Shown: one piece after another, positions 10,162-23,639 of the stretch
Position numbering within the stretch: position 1 is the stretch's first letter
How the letters are laid out: each line of letters begins with the position of its first letter
Assembly (NCBI RefSeq): GCF_049075655.1
Contig: NZ_CP157522.1
Span: forward strand, 64,001 to 128,000
Direction of reading: 5' to 3'
Source: Methanothermococcus sp. Ax23
GTDB lineage: Archaea > AGJL01 > Methanococci > Methanococcales > Methanococcaceae
Length of the DNA: 64,000 bases
Position numbers and translations under genes: made by a program
Notes under the pieces: generated by a model
Told to the model about the DNA's origin: nothing
Seen by the model: only the letters and a program-made list of their open reading frames with translations
The model's database searches: none

Positions 10162-11055
10162 TCATTCCTTAAAATACGGCTCTCGCCTATTTATACATTC
10201 AACAAAACATTTTTCAATATCTTCCCCATTTCTTAAAGGGGTTAAAACATCAATTAAATTATCATCCCTAAGTAGGCAGGGTTTCAAAAATCCGTCATAA
10301 GTTAATCTAATTCTTGTGCAATGACTACAAAATTCTGTATTATCCATAGGTCTAACAAATTCCACTTCCAAACCATCTACATAATATTTTTTTCTGTTCT
10401 GCATGAACTGTCGAGTAATTACTTTATCCGACTGTTCTGCTATTTTATTTTCTATTGGTGCTATATCTACATAGTATTTTTTCAAACTTTCATTTAATGG
10501 AATAAACTCTATTACCTGCAAAATAGCACCGAGCTCCCTACAATAGTTCATTATATCATCTAAATCATCAATGGTGTTTTTCATTGCTAAATAATTTATC
10601 TTTAAAGGAGTTAAGCCCACATCTATCGCTTCTTTTACACCATTTTTTACCTTCTCAATGTCTCCACAATAGGTTATTTTTTTATACTTCTCTGGATTGA
10701 GTGTATCTATGCTAACATTTACTCTATTAAGCCCCGCATCTTTAAGCTTTTTAGCATATTCTTCTAAAAAAATGCCGTTGGTGGTTAATGAAATATCCTT
10801 TAATCTACTATCTGCCATATTTTCAATTATTTGAGGCAAATCAGTTCTTAAAAGAGGTTCCCCCCCCGAGATTTTTATCTTCTTTACGCCGAAATTTAGA
10901 GAGGTTTTTACAATTTTTCCAATTTCCTCAGGACTCATTAAACTAATATTTTTACCATCATGTCCCTCCTTATGACAGTAAAAACACTTTAAATTACATT
11001 CTGGTGTTATCGAAATTCTCAGAGACCTTATTTCTCTACCAAATGGGTCTTTCAT
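10162..11055 (-). CDS. moaA: GTP 3',8-cyclase MoaA
   Basis: LRISITPECNLKCFYCH, GGEPLLR, C-terminal FCSHCTRIRLT..G.LKPCL. Confidence 0.95.
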   Translation of the reverse strand: MKDPFGREIRSLRISITPECNLKCFYCHKEGHDGKNISLMSPEEIGKIVKTSLNFGVKKIKISGGEPLLRTDLPQIIENMADSRLKDISLTTNGIFLEEYAKKLKDAGLNRVNVSIDTLNPEKYKKITYCGDIEKVKNGVKEAIDVGLTPLKINYLAMKNTIDDLDDIMNYCRELGAILQVIEFIPLNESLKKYYVDIAPIENKIAEQSDKVITRQFMQNRKKYYVDGLEVEFVRPMDNTEFCSHCTRIRLTYDGFLKPCLLRDDNLIDVLTPLRNGEDIEKCFVECINRREPYFKE

Positions 11056-11225
11056 AATATCACTTTGACATACCGACTTAACATAAAAAATAGTGGATTA
11101 ATTATTATCCTTTAACATATTTATACTTAATTAATCAAATATAAAAATGTAAATTAAATATAAAAAATAAAAAAGCGAATTTTAAATCATAATAGGCATT
11201 TCAATTTCATTGGTTATATATATAT

Positions 11226-11918
11226 TTATTCTTCCTTTTTCCCTTCTTTTTTCTTTAAAAAAGTATCTACGAATGATACCTTTTCAACATCGAGTCTTTT
11301 TATAATTTCATTAGCAACTGCCATTTTAACCATTTGAAGGTTATTCATAAATACAGCACTTTCTGGGAGGTTTATTGTAGCAGTATTTTTTGTTAATTTT
11401 ATTTTTAAATCATCTGTGTTTAGTCTTGGCATGTATAATTTGATTAATTCTTTAACAATTTCTTCTGGTTCTTCAACAGCTTCTTCAACTTTTAAAACAT
11501 ATTTTACAGGTTTTCCAGCTAATTCATGGTTGAAATCAACTAAAACTCTTCCACCATTTACGCTTGCAACTTTTCCAGCATTTCCATCGATAGTTATAGG
11601 CATCCCAACAACTGGATTTACTTTATGTTTTTTAAACTCTTTAATTGAAACAATTTTAACTTTTGAAGGGTCTCTTTTACCAAATGCTTTTTCCGGTGTG
11701 AGCTCTAACTCTCTCTCTTCTCCAACTTCCATTTCCAACAATGCCTCATCCAAACCTGGAACTAACATTCCTGAACCTACTGAAACAGTAACTGGACCAT
11801 ACACCATCATTGGGTTGTATATCCCTTCTTTTTTAGCCATCTCTTCATCTGTGGTATCAAATAATTTTCCATTTACATATCCGTTGTATGTTATCTTCAC
11901 AAGTTTTCCTTCTTCCAT
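11226..11918 (-). CDS. Long-type archaeal FKBP peptidyl-prolyl isomerase (SlyD-like)
   Basis: [32 protein letters not shown]. Confidence 0.93.
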   Translation of the reverse strand: MEEGKLVKITYNGYVNGKLFDTTDEEMAKKEGIYNPMMVYGPVTVSVGSGMLVPGLDEALLEMEVGEERELELTPEKAFGKRDPSKVKIVSIKEFKKHKVNPVVGMPITIDGNAGKVASVNGGRVLVDFNHELAGKPVKYVLKVEEAVEEPEEIVKELIKLYMPRLNTDDLKIKLTKNTATINLPESAVFMNNLQMVKMAVANEIIKRLDVEKVSFVDTFLKKKEGKKEE

Positions 11919-12142
11919 TAATCACACCTTCTATATTTTTTACTTTTATTTTGGCATAATTTCCGTTTTTAATGAACTCTTTTAAATTAAGCAAATAACC
12001 ATATAAATAACTAATATATATAATTTTGTTCAACTGAACCAAAGCATAGGTTAAACGATAATATGGTTTTATAATTCCCTATTGTTCATTAAAAACTTAA
12101 ATTAATAAATCATTATAATTACATAAGATTAATTGTGATATT

Positions 12143-12805
12143 ATGGTTATGATTTCGGCAATTATACTATCGGGCGGAAATGCGACAAGAATGGGAGGTG
12201 AAAAACCTTTCAGAAAACTAAACAACAACAATTATTTGATAGAAAATATTGCAAATGTGCTTATTGAAATGAATATCCCTTTTACGATAGTATTTAAACA
12301 TTTGAATAATCTCGATTCTGAAAATATACAGAAACAACATTATATGTTTGAAAAATACCGTCAAACAATAACATGGGACATTTTAAACGATAAGGGACCA
12401 ATTATTGGAATATTATCTGGTATGAGGATACTAAATACAGAATGGGTAATGGTGCTACCCTGTGATATGCCACTTATAAACAAAATTTCAATAGATAAAT
12501 TATTAAATTACATACCTATTGCAGATTCTGAAAAATATGATTGCATTATACCAAAACATGAAAATGGATATATAGAACCTCTATTCTCAATATATAAAAA
12601 ATCATCAATAAATATTTTGGAGGAGCTCGTTAAACAGGTAATTAAAGATGGTAGAACTATCCCAATAAGAAGTTTTATAGATGAATTAAACCCGTTATAT
12701 GTTCCGGTGGATGAAATAGACCACACAAAAAAGACTTTTGTAAATGTAAATACTCATGATGATTTAAAAGCCATAATAAAACACAAAAACAGTAATAAAA
12801 AGTAA
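12143..12805 (+). CDS. mobA: Molybdenum cofactor guanylyltransferase
   Basis: ILSGG.ATRMGGEK, GPIIGI, PCDMP, NVNT. Confidence 0.9.
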   Translation: MVMISAIILSGGNATRMGGEKPFRKLNNNNYLIENIANVLIEMNIPFTIVFKHLNNLDSENIQKQHYMFEKYRQTITWDILNDKGPIIGILSGMRILNTEWVMVLPCDMPLINKISIDKLLNYIPIADSEKYDCIIPKHENGYIEPLFSIYKKSSINILEELVKQVIKDGRTIPIRSFIDELNPLYVPVDEIDHTKKTFVNVNTHDDLKAIIKHKNSNKK

Positions 12806-12855
12806 AAATAACAGTAAAAACTAAAATAAAAAAAGGATAAAAAAATAAAATATAT

Positions 12856-13911
<1,056 letters not shown>

Positions 13912-13937
13912 CTATAAAATTTTATTTATCTTTACTT

Positions 13938-14219
13938 CACGAATCATTAGGCAGGAAGCCCACGATTTCAATCGTTATACAAAACAATGTTTTGTAAAAT
14001 CTCTTACGAGATGGGAGGAATGCCAAAAAATTTATATAACATAGATGGTATAATAATAGTTAAGCCCTAAGGCACGAAGCTCGATAGAGTGGATACGGTT
14101 AAAAGGGTTTATTATTAAGAATAATATAGGGTTGCCTGTCAGCCAGCCTAATGTCCTCCGCCCTAATTATTAAGGGAGTTGGAAGGGCAAGCCAACGGAT
14201 TTATCCGTTGGTAGCTGAC
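13938..14219 (+). mobile_element. Non-autonomous IS200/IS605-family derivative (both end hairpins, no tnpA/tnpB)
   Basis: Left hairpin GAAGCCCACGAT-TTCA-ATCGT..GGGAGGAATG (interrupted) and right hairpin AAGCCAACGGAT-TT-ATCCGTTGGTAGCTGAC; no ORF between; boundaries approximate. Confidence 0.7.
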
Positions 14220-14239
14220 CTTAAACATTCTATTTGGAA
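14065..14239 (+). ncRNA. Candidate TnpB omegaRNA/reRNA-like (HgcC-like) RNA with putative guide
   Basis: GC-rich; TTTATATA box at ~14031; GTCAGC (14138-14143) complementary to terminal GCTGAC (14214-14219); hairpins at 14161-14176 and 14192-14211. Confidence 0.55.
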
Positions 14240-14605
14240 ATTTTATTTTTGATAATCTCGTTAATATTAATTGTGTTTTTATCGTGCCACTTATGTATTT
14301 TTTAGATAATATACCTTAGCATTACTTTTTATATATTATATTTTTTCTTTCTTTAAGGTCTGCTTCCATGTTATTTAGTAATTATGTAATTATAATATAT
14401 TCAAATATGTTAGTTTTAGTTTAAGATATTTAAGTATATTTAAGTATATTTAGTTAGGTAAAATATTTTATTGTAAGTTAATATATTGTAGATTATATCC
14501 TTTTGATTAAAAGATAATATACATAAATAAATATTGTAATGATTAAAAATAATATATAGTTTATTCGATTTAAAATTAATATTTATAGCTAAATTTGGTG
14601 AAACC

Positions 14606-14998
14606 GTGATTTCTTCAAATATTGAGGATTATCTAGAAAGAATTTATTTATTTATTCAAAAACATAAAAGACCTGTAAAAACCACTGAGCTCGCAAAAAT
14701 ATTGAATGTTAATCCATCTGCAATAACTAGCATGGCTAAAAAATTACACTCAGAAGGGTATGTAATTTACGAACCCTATGTTGGTATCCTATTAAGTAAA
14801 AAAGGAGAAGAGGTTGCTAAAAAAACCATAAGAAAACATAGGATTATTGAAACATTTCTCAGAGATTGTCTTGGCATGGATGCAGATAAATCATCGGAGG
14901 AGGCATGCAGAATAGAGCATGCAATTTCAGAAGAAACTATTGAAAAACTTTATGAGTTTATAAATAAATTAAAATCTAAAAAGGGGAACGAAAATTAG
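14606..14998 (+). CDS. DtxR/MntR-family metal-dependent transcriptional regulator
   Basis: EDYLERIY HTH region, RKHRIIETFL, EACRIEHAIS. Confidence 0.92.
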   Translation: MISSNIEDYLERIYLFIQKHKRPVKTTELAKILNVNPSAITSMAKKLHSEGYVIYEPYVGILLSKKGEEVAKKTIRKHRIIETFLRDCLGMDADKSSEEACRIEHAISEETIEKLYEFINKLKSKKGNEN

Positions 14999-15005
14999 TG
15001 AAACC

Positions 15006-15674
15006 ATGAAAAAAAGGCATTTAGAAATAATACTTGATAATTTAAAACCTCATCCAAGCCCAAAATCCCATTTAGAACAATATACAATAGAAGGGAAGCT
15101 TGCCAGTGAAATACTATTTTTTGCAAAAGAGGATATTTTAAACAATTTTGTAATAGATTTAGGATGTGGAACTGGAAAGTTAGCAATTGGAGCAAAATTG
15201 CTTGGAGCAAAAAAGGTCTTAGGAATTGACATTGACAAGGAAACAATAGAATTTGCAAAGGAGAATGTAAAGGGAATGGCTCATATCGATATAGTTAACA
15301 AACTTAATTTGGATATAAATGATTGTATTAATAACATTGTATTTTTACAGGAGGATGTTAAAAATATTAATGAGAATTTTATAAATAAATACAAACCAGA
15401 TGAAGAAATAAAAAACATAGTCATTCAAAATCCACCATTTGGCTCCCAAAAAAAATATGCCGATAGAGTATTTTTAGATAAAGCTTTGGAGATAGGGGAT
15501 GTAATATATACAATACACAATACGCCAACAAGGGAGTTTGTAATAAATTACATAAAAGAAAAAGAAAGAACAATTACAAATATTTTTCAGGCAAATTTTA
15601 GAATACCAAAAATATATGAATTCCATAAGAAGAAATATTTGGAAGTTCCTGTTGATATTTACAGGATTGAATAA
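15006..15674 (+). CDS. METTL5-like SAM-dependent RNA methyltransferase
   Basis: LEQY, DLGCGTG, NPPFG. Confidence 0.88.
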   Translation: MKKRHLEIILDNLKPHPSPKSHLEQYTIEGKLASEILFFAKEDILNNFVIDLGCGTGKLAIGAKLLGAKKVLGIDIDKETIEFAKENVKGMAHIDIVNKLNLDINDCINNIVFLQEDVKNINENFINKYKPDEEIKNIVIQNPPFGSQKKYADRVFLDKALEIGDVIYTIHNTPTREFVINYIKEKERTITNIFQANFRIPKIYEFHKKKYLEVPVDIYRIE

Positions 15675-15774
15675 ATAAATTAATAAAATGTTATAAATAT
15701 TTATATATTATAAAATTAATCATATTATGAAATATGGATATATAATCTAATCAATAATAGAATATGGTGAGTTT

Positions 15775-16593
15775 ATGAAAGTATTTGAAAATATCAAAAA
15801 TGTTGGTAAAGTTATCAGATTGGAGAGAGTATTCAACAAAAAATCAGAAAAAACAGTTATTATTCCTATGGACCATGGAGTATCATCAGGACCCTTGGAT
15901 GGCTTAAAAGATATGAAAAAAGCCATTAATTCAGTAGCGGATGGCGGGGCAAATGCAGTATTGGTTCATAAAGGTATTGTTAGACATGGGCATAGGGGAT
16001 ACGGAAAGGACATAGGTTTAATAATTCACCTTTCAGCTGGAACTTCATTATCGCCAGACCCAAACGAAAAGGTCGTAGTCACAACAGTTGAAGAAGCTAT
16101 AAGAATGGGGGCTGATGCGGTTTCAATCCATGTGAATGTTGGAGCAGATACTGACTGTGAAATGTACAAAGACTTAGGTAAAATAGCAGAAGTTTGTGAA
16201 TACTGGGGAATGCCTTTAATAGCTATGATGTACCCAAGAGGTAAAAAAATACCTGATGAGAGAGACCCAGAAGTTGTAGCACATGCGGCAAGACTCGGTG
16301 CCGAGCTCGGGGCAGACATTATAAAAACAAGTTACACAGGAGACATAGACTCATTTAGGGAAGTCGTAAAGGGATGTCCAGCACCAATCGTAATTGCAGG
16401 AGGACCTAAAACAAATACTGATAAGGAGTTCTTACAAATGGTTAAAGACGCCATAGAAGCAGGTGCAGCAGGAGTTGCAACAGGAAGAAATGTGTTCCAA
16501 CATAAAGATGTTTCAGGAATAACAAAGGCAATATCAATGGTTGTTCATGAAAATGCTGATATTGATGAAGCTTTGAAAGTAATTAAAAATTAA
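15775..16593 (+). CDS. aroA': 2-amino-3,7-dideoxy-D-threo-hept-6-ulosonate synthase (class I DhnA-type aldolase, MJ0400-like)
   Basis: [35 protein letters not shown], close to MJ0400 as recalled. Confidence 0.88.
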   Translation: MKVFENIKNVGKVIRLERVFNKKSEKTVIIPMDHGVSSGPLDGLKDMKKAINSVADGGANAVLVHKGIVRHGHRGYGKDIGLIIHLSAGTSLSPDPNEKVVVTTVEEAIRMGADAVSIHVNVGADTDCEMYKDLGKIAEVCEYWGMPLIAMMYPRGKKIPDERDPEVVAHAARLGAELGADIIKTSYTGDIDSFREVVKGCPAPIVIAGGPKTNTDKEFLQMVKDAIEAGAAGVATGRNVFQHKDVSGITKAISMVVHENADIDEALKVIKN

Positions 16594-16670
16594 AGGAATA
16601 ACTAAAACTTGATGATGATATAGCGAGATATATATGGTTAAATAGTAATAATTAAATTGTAGTTAAATAA

Positions 16671-17381
<711 letters not shown>

Positions 17382-17458
17382 ATTATACTTCTCTTTTTGT
17401 TTTGATATTTTAAAAAGCTATAAATATTAAAAATAATATATGTTCTTTTGGTGGTATT

Positions 17459-17737
17459 ATGAAAGAAAATAATATTGGACAATTAATAGACGCGTTAAGC
17501 AATAAAGAATTGATAATAAGGGTGGATTTGAATAAAAATCTTAAAATATCAAAGTTTAAAATAGGCTCCCTTGAATTGAATGGGGAATTGGGGATAAGTT
17601 TTAGGGATATTAAAGAGGAAATAAAAGAAGAAGAAATTGAAGAGAAAGAGTTGAAGGAAAAGATTGAGGAAATAAGTAAAGAAATTGAAAAAGAAGAATC
17701 TGGGGAAGAAAAAACCAAAAATATTGAAGTAGAATAA
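17459..17737 (+). CDS. Hypothetical protein with acidic C-terminus
   Basis: GGTGGT RBS and ATG; coding-like composition. Confidence 0.7.
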   Translation: MKENNIGQLIDALSNKELIIRVDLNKNLKISKFKIGSLELNGELGISFRDIKEEIKEEEIEEKELKEKIEEISKEIEKEESGEEKTKNIEVE

Positions 17738-17876
17738 CTGCTAAAATATACCATAATTACATACTATTTTTTATTTTACTGTTTATCATATAATATTATT
17801 TTTTTATAAAATATTATATAAAATTCTTAATTTTTTACAATAATATATAGGGTAATTTCTATTTTAAGGTGATATT

Positions 17877-18416
17877 ATGGTAAAAATACTTGATGCGTCT
17901 TCATTTATTCATGGCTACAATCCCGCAGTTGAAGAGGGGGAACATTATACTACTTATGGCATTATAGAAGAGGTTAAAACAAAAAAAGATGTTGTCGAGC
18001 TCGCCATTGAATATGGAAAGTTGAAGGTGAGAGAGCCTCAGCCTGAAACCGTTGCAAAGGTTAAAGAAATGTCCATAAAAACTGGGGACACACTATCTAA
18101 AAACGATATGGATATACTAGCTCTTGCAGTAGATTTAAAGGGTATATTATATACCGATGATTATGGACTTCAAAATGTGGCAGAGCGATTAAGTGTTAAG
18201 GTAAAATGTATAGTATCCGAAGGAATTAAAGAGAGATTTATATGGAAACTTGTATGTAGGGGCTGTAAAAAGATGTATAATATAGATTACTTTGATGAAG
18301 CATGTGAAATATGCGGAAGCCCTTTGGAACGAAAAATGGTTAAAAATAGAATGAATAAACAATCGAATACTAAAAAAGGTAAAAAGCACAAAAATAAGAA
18401 AAAAAGTAATAAATAA
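17877..18416 (+). CDS. nob1: Nob1 rRNA maturation endonuclease (PIN domain plus zinc ribbon)
   Basis: ILDASSFI, LS..D..ILALA, TDDYGLQNVA, CRGC/CEICG. Confidence 0.9.
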   Translation: MVKILDASSFIHGYNPAVEEGEHYTTYGIIEEVKTKKDVVELAIEYGKLKVREPQPETVAKVKEMSIKTGDTLSKNDMDILALAVDLKGILYTDDYGLQNVAERLSVKVKCIVSEGIKERFIWKLVCRGCKKMYNIDYFDEACEICGSPLERKMVKNRMNKQSNTKKGKKHKNKKKSNK

Positions 18417-18454
18417 AATAATGAAAATAATAACACTAATAATTTGGTGAATGT

Positions 18455-19822
18455 ATGAGCTCCGATACTAATGGTAATAATATTAATAATAATTCCATAG
18501 ATTTCAATGAATTTAAAATGATTACAAATGTGGAATTGATTAAGAATGAAAACAAAAATCAGTTGATTATTGAAATAAACAAAAATTACGAAACATCGAT
18601 TACTTTGGATTATGATGTTCAATTGAAGGATGGCATACTTTTTTTAGTTGATGATAGCCTTAAAAAAATAAATAGAAATAGGCTTGAATCTATTAAATCT
18701 GGTATTCTAAATCTAATATCTATAAATATATCCCAGAATTTGATAAATAAAACTACTAAGAGAAAAACATACTACATACACCCGCCAATCCCTTTAATCG
18801 GACATACTGCCTTTGGACTTATAGATAGAGGGACAAATATAATTCAAGTGCGAGGATTAAGTGGATGCAATATAAACTGTCCATTCTGTTCAGTTGATGA
18901 GGGAAGGTATTCAAAAACACGAAAAAATGATTATTATGTTGATTTAGATTATTTAATAGATGAATATAAAAAAATAGTTGAATTTAAAGGAAACAAACAC
19001 ATAGAGGCTCATTTGGATGGTCAGGGAGAGCCATCTTTATATTATCCACTACCTGATTTAGTTCAAAAATTGAATGAAATTAACAAGAAAGGAAAGGGCA
19101 TTGTATCCATGCAGTCAAATGGTATGAACTTAACATATAAGCTAATCGATGAATTGGAAGAAGCAGGGCTACACAGAATGAACCTATCTATAAATGCCAT
19201 AGATGAAAAAATGAGCAGAATTTTATCAGGTAGTAGGGATTATAATATTAATCATGTATTGGACATTGCGGAGTATATAAAAAATTCAAAAATCCATCTC
19301 TTAATAGCACCGCTACTTTTGCCAAATGTCAATGATGAAGAATTTAAAAAAGTAATAGACTACGCCGTTCAGTTGGAAATGAAAAATCCTCAGAATATAA
19401 TAAATCCTATCACCAATAAGAAAAATCCAATAGTAGGAGCTCAGCTATGCCTCACATATCAGTTTGGCAGGAAAATCAAAAAAATGAAGGTATGGAAATT
19501 TAAAAAATTCTATGATTTATTGAAATATTATGAAAATGAATATAAAAAGAACGGCATTGATGTTCAATTGGATACACCGTTATCAAAGGCATTTGGAAAC
19601 CATAGAAGGAAAAAACTTCCAAGTCCATTTAAATTAAACGAAATTATAAGGGCAAAGGTTGTTTTAGATGGAAGGGTAAATGGAGAGGTAATTGGAGTTG
19701 CAAAAGATAGAGTTATCCAGATAATAAATGTCCATCAAAACTATGAAAAACTCATGGGAAAATCTGTTAAAGTTAAAATTTTAAGAACGAAGGATAATGT
19801 ATTTGTCGGAGCTCCGATTTAA
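18455..19822 (+). CDS. Radical SAM protein with C-terminal TRAM-like domain
   Basis: GCNINCPFCSVD, DGQGEP, C-terminal KVKILRTKDNVFVG. Confidence 0.85.
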   Translation: MSSDTNGNNINNNSIDFNEFKMITNVELIKNENKNQLIIEINKNYETSITLDYDVQLKDGILFLVDDSLKKINRNRLESIKSGILNLISINISQNLINKTTKRKTYYIHPPIPLIGHTAFGLIDRGTNIIQVRGLSGCNINCPFCSVDEGRYSKTRKNDYYVDLDYLIDEYKKIVEFKGNKHIEAHLDGQGEPSLYYPLPDLVQKLNEINKKGKGIVSMQSNGMNLTYKLIDELEEAGLHRMNLSINAIDEKMSRILSGSRDYNINHVLDIAEYIKNSKIHLLIAPLLLPNVNDEEFKKVIDYAVQLEMKNPQNIINPITNKKNPIVGAQLCLTYQFGRKIKKMKVWKFKKFYDLLKYYENEYKKNGIDVQLDTPLSKAFGNHRRKKLPSPFKLNEIIRAKVVLDGRVNGEVIGVAKDRVIQIINVHQNYEKLMGKSVKVKILRTKDNVFVGAPI

Positions 19823-19948
19823 ATAAAAAATAATTAAAATAATTAAGTTTGATAAATTATAAATATTAGGTTTTATGTTAGATATTTATTATTCTATTTT
19901 ATTCTATTTATTTTAGCATTTTATTTTATTAAATTAAGGAGGAAAAGC

Positions 19949-22153
19949 ATGGATTTAAACGATTTAAAATATATAGAGGAAAAACTTGGAAGAAAGCCAA
20001 ACGATGTGGAAATTGGAATGTTTGAAAACCTTTGGAGCGAACATTGTTCATACAGAAGCACAAAAAATGTTTTAAGATTATTTGGAAAGACTATAAAAGA
20101 AAATCAAAATATCGTCGTAGGTCCAGGAGATGACGCAGCATTGATAAAAATAGATGAAGAAAATGATTTATGCGTTGCCATGGCAATGGAGAGCCACAAC
20201 CACCCATCATACATAGACCCATACAACGGTGCGGCAACAGGAGTTGGAGGAATTGTAAGGGATATAATTTCCATGAATGCTAAACCGATAGCATTAATGG
20301 ATGCTTTGAGGTTTGGGGATATAAACGGAGAGGAGCAGGACAAAGTAAGATGGCTTGTTGAAGGAGTTGTTGAAGGTATTGGAGACTATGGAAATAGAAT
20401 CGGTGTTCCAACTGTTGGAGGAGAGTGTGAATTCGATAAATCCTACGACTACAACAATCTTGTAAATGTGGTATGTATTGGACTTGTAAAGGAAAAGGAC
20501 ATAATCACAGGAAAGGCAAAAGAGCCTAATTTATCCATTATACTTGTTGGAAGCACTGGAAGGGATGGAATAGGCGGAGCTTCATTTGCATCAAAAGACC
20601 TTACAAGCGAAAGTGAGGAGGACAGACCAAGTGTTCAGATTGGGGATGCCTTCACAGAAAAATGTTTAATAGATGCCACATTGGAGGCATGCAAAACTGG
20701 AAAGGTTAAGGCAATGAAAGACCTCGGAGCTGCGGGAATTACCTCATCATGCTCTGAAATGTGTTATAGTGGTGGTGTTGGTGCCGAGCTCCATCTTGAA
20801 AATGTCATACTGAGAGAAGAGGGCATGACTCCTTATGAAATAATGGTTTCAGAATCACAGGAGAGAATGCTTTTAGCTGTTGAAGAGGGAAGCGAAGATG
20901 AAGTTATAAAAATATTTGAAAAGTATGAGCTCCCTGCATCAGTGATAGGAAAAACCACCGATACAAAAAAGTTAGTGGCAAAAATGAACGGGGAAATAGT
21001 TGTAGATTTGCCTTTGGAATTGCTCTGTGAAGCTACACTTGTAGATAGGGAAGAAAAAGAATGCATATTGGAAACTCCCGATAATAAGGATGAAATACCT
21101 CAGCCAGAGGATTTAAATGATGTTTTATTAAAATTGTTGAAGAGTCCAAATATCAACTCAAAGGAATGGATTTACGAAAGATACGACCACGAGGTTCAGG
21201 TAAGAACAGTTGTAAAACCTGGAAAGGATGGTGCAGTATTGCGACTTATTGAAGGTTATCCAAAAGGACTTGCCTTAACAACTGATTGTAATCCAACATA
21301 CTGTAAATTAAACCCATACATTGGAAGTGTTAATTTAGTATGTGAATCAGTTAGAAATTTAGCTACTGTTGGGGCAAAACCTATTGGAATGCTTGACAAT
21401 TTGAATTTTGGAAATCCTGAAAGACCTGAAAGAATGTATCAGATAAAAAAATGTGTTGAAGGACTTGCTGACTGTGCAGAGTTCTTCAATATTCCAGTAG
21501 TTGGAGGAAATGTAAGTTTATACAACGAAACCATAATTGATGGAAAGGACTACCCAATAAACCCAACCCCAACAATCTGCATAGTTGGAAAGATTGAAGA
21601 TGTTGAAAAGGTTCCTTCCGTATATAATAAGGTAAAAGAAGGGGATGTATTAATAATTACAAATGAAACAAAGGATGAAATGGGAGGAAGCGAATACTAC
21701 AAATACATACACAACACAGAAAAAGGAATGGTTCCAAGAGCAGATTTAGAGAAGGAAAAAACAATATACAGCACAGTAGTTGAATTGGTAAATGAAGGAC
21801 TGGTAAACGAAGCTTCCGACTGTTCAAGAGGAGGTCTTGCTGTTGCCATCTCAAAAATGTGCATAAGCAACAACATTGGTGCAGAGCTCCACTTAACCAA
21901 CTACAATAAAAACAATTTAAGGGACGATATATTGTTATTCTCAGAGACATCTGGAAGAATAATACTTGCTGTAAGTGAGGAAAATAAAGATAAAGTTATG
22001 GGAGCTCTTGGGGAAAATGGATATGTAATAGGAAAAATCGGCGGAAGTTCGTTAAAAATAATTAACAACAACAAAGAAATTGTAAATATGGATGTGGAAG
22101 AGATGAAAAAAGGATATAAAAATGCATTCTCCGAAATGATGGGAGAAATGTAA
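19949..22153 (+). CDS. purL: Phosphoribosylformylglycinamidine synthase subunit PurL
   Basis: [34 protein letters not shown]. Confidence 0.97.
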   Translation: MDLNDLKYIEEKLGRKPNDVEIGMFENLWSEHCSYRSTKNVLRLFGKTIKENQNIVVGPGDDAALIKIDEENDLCVAMAMESHNHPSYIDPYNGAATGVGGIVRDIISMNAKPIALMDALRFGDINGEEQDKVRWLVEGVVEGIGDYGNRIGVPTVGGECEFDKSYDYNNLVNVVCIGLVKEKDIITGKAKEPNLSIILVGSTGRDGIGGASFASKDLTSESEEDRPSVQIGDAFTEKCLIDATLEACKTGKVKAMKDLGAAGITSSCSEMCYSGGVGAELHLENVILREEGMTPYEIMVSESQERMLLAVEEGSEDEVIKIFEKYELPASVIGKTTDTKKLVAKMNGEIVVDLPLELLCEATLVDREEKECILETPDNKDEIPQPEDLNDVLLKLLKSPNINSKEWIYERYDHEVQVRTVVKPGKDGAVLRLIEGYPKGLALTTDCNPTYCKLNPYIGSVNLVCESVRNLATVGAKPIGMLDNLNFGNPERPERMYQIKKCVEGLADCAEFFNIPVVGGNVSLYNETIIDGKDYPINPTPTICIVGKIEDVEKVPSVYNKVKEGDVLIITNETKDEMGGSEYYKYIHNTEKGMVPRADLEKEKTIYSTVVELVNEGLVNEASDCSRGGLAVAISKMCISNNIGAELHLTNYNKNNLRDDILLFSETSGRIILAVSEENKDKVMGALGENGYVIGKIGGSSLKIINNNKEIVNMDVEEMKKGYKNAFSEMMGEM

Positions 22154-22181
22154 TAAAATAAATAATAATAAAAAATAAAAA

Positions 22182-22967
22182 TTATTCTAACTCCATATTT
22201 TTTAATCTGTTGGAAATATAACTTAACATCTCTTTTAAATTTTCTTTATTATCATATTCATCTATAATTTTTCGGAGCTCCTGTTTATCTATTTTTTTAT
22301 ATTCTTTAATATATTTTGTTAATAATGGGATACATCTTGTCAATTCATCCACTATTGTAATAGTTGATTTCCTCGCAGTTCTTGAAAGTGGGTTTAAATC
22401 AATAGAAATTACTTTCTTACCCATATTTACGAGAGCTTCTGTTCTATCTCCATCTTCCAAAGGAACAAGCACAACATCTGAGGAATATATCCCTTCTTCT
22501 GAAACCTTGCCTCTTAAACTGTCCAAATTTGGTATTTGCTTATCTGCATCGTCTATTCCAAGTAGTTTTATTTTATTATCTTCTATTTTTTCTTTTATAT
22601 TTGAATCTTCTTCAAAAGCTTTTTTTATATTTTCTTCTCTTTCTTTTGTCCTGTAAAATAGATTTACCTCTATTTTGCCGTTTAATTCTTCTGCAAGTTG
22701 GACAATTTCCTCTTTTGCAAGGGCTATCGTATTTCCATTGATTGAAATTACAGGATTTTCTGCTAATACGAGCATTGCCGCAGAGGCTTTTATTGATTTT
22801 AATGCTATATCTGTGGTTTCCTCACCAATAAGGTAATCAAATGCTTCTCCTCTACCGTGTGCAGTAAGCCCAGCTTTTGCAAGTATTCCTTTATCTAATG
22901 CCTCCACTACCTTTTCACGATTTAATAATGATTTGTATCTTGGATGTGTTTTTGGAACAAATGTCAT
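22182..22967 (-). CDS. Archaeal 4-phosphopantoate--beta-alanine ligase
   Basis: [37 protein letters not shown]. Confidence 0.92.
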   Translation of the reverse strand: MTFVPKTHPRYKSLLNREKVVEALDKGILAKAGLTAHGRGEAFDYLIGEETTDIALKSIKASAAMLVLAENPVISINGNTIALAKEEIVQLAEELNGKIEVNLFYRTKEREENIKKAFEEDSNIKEKIEDNKIKLLGIDDADKQIPNLDSLRGKVSEEGIYSSDVVLVPLEDGDRTEALVNMGKKVISIDLNPLSRTARKSTITIVDELTRCIPLLTKYIKEYKKIDKQELRKIIDEYDNKENLKEMLSYISNRLKNMELE

Positions 22968-23025
22968 AATCTCCCTTTTAATTTTTTATATATCGAGTTA
23001 AACTAGGATAATTTATATTAATAAT

Positions 23026-23589
23026 TTATAAATTCCCAACATATTCCAAAATAATGGCCACAACAACTGGAAGGAGTAAATTATCATCAATTTTTATTTT
23101 TTTACTTACAAACTCAATGCAAGCACCAATAAATGCAACAATAATTCCATACATCCCATAAGGATGATATAATATAACACATGCTGAAATAAGGAATGCC
23201 AAAAATCCTTCAATGGTTTTTCCAAAATATTTTATTTTAAGCTTTCCTCTAACTCCAATTAATGTGGCAAGTCCATCTCCAATCGCAAAAACAAGTATGG
23301 AATAAAATGCAGAGTTAATATCTTCAATTATAATCAATGTTATCAACAAACCAATTGCAAATAGAATAGCTCCTTTTCCACATTCATTTTCTCTTCCACA
23401 TGCTTCAAGTAAATCAGATATTATTGGAATATAATGCTCTTTTAAATAATAATACAATAAAATTCCAATTAATATTAAAATAAATAATGGTAGTATAAGG
23501 GGTGTTTTTCCGATATATAGGACGGAAAAAGCTACAATGATTCCAAATATTATATGTAAAGTCTGCCGGTATATTTCTCTTATTATCAT
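23026..23589 (-). CDS. Dolichol/phytol kinase-like (cytidylyltransferase family) membrane protein
   Basis: RQTLH, GDGLATLIG, KTIEG, DDNL. Confidence 0.8.
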   Translation of the reverse strand: MIIREIYRQTLHIIFGIIVAFSVLYIGKTPLILPLFILILIGILLYYYLKEHYIPIISDLLEACGRENECGKGAILFAIGLLITLIIIEDINSAFYSILVFAIGDGLATLIGVRGKLKIKYFGKTIEGFLAFLISACVILYHPYGMYGIIVAFIGACIEFVSKKIKIDDNLLLPVVVAIILEYVGNL

Positions 23590-23639
23590 AATAATACCTA
23601 AGTTATTAATTAGTCAATATCCAATATTATTTACTAAAA

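Noticed and set aside
11416-11985. 189 aa plus-strand ORF and many other short antisense ORFs in the track
   Set aside because: Shadow frames of well-supported opposite-strand genes; Ser/Phe/Ile-rich and without RBS
14405-14465. TAAGTATATT tandem repeat and TTAGTTAGGTAAA as a possible DtxR operator
   Set aside because: Too degenerate in very AT-rich DNA to support
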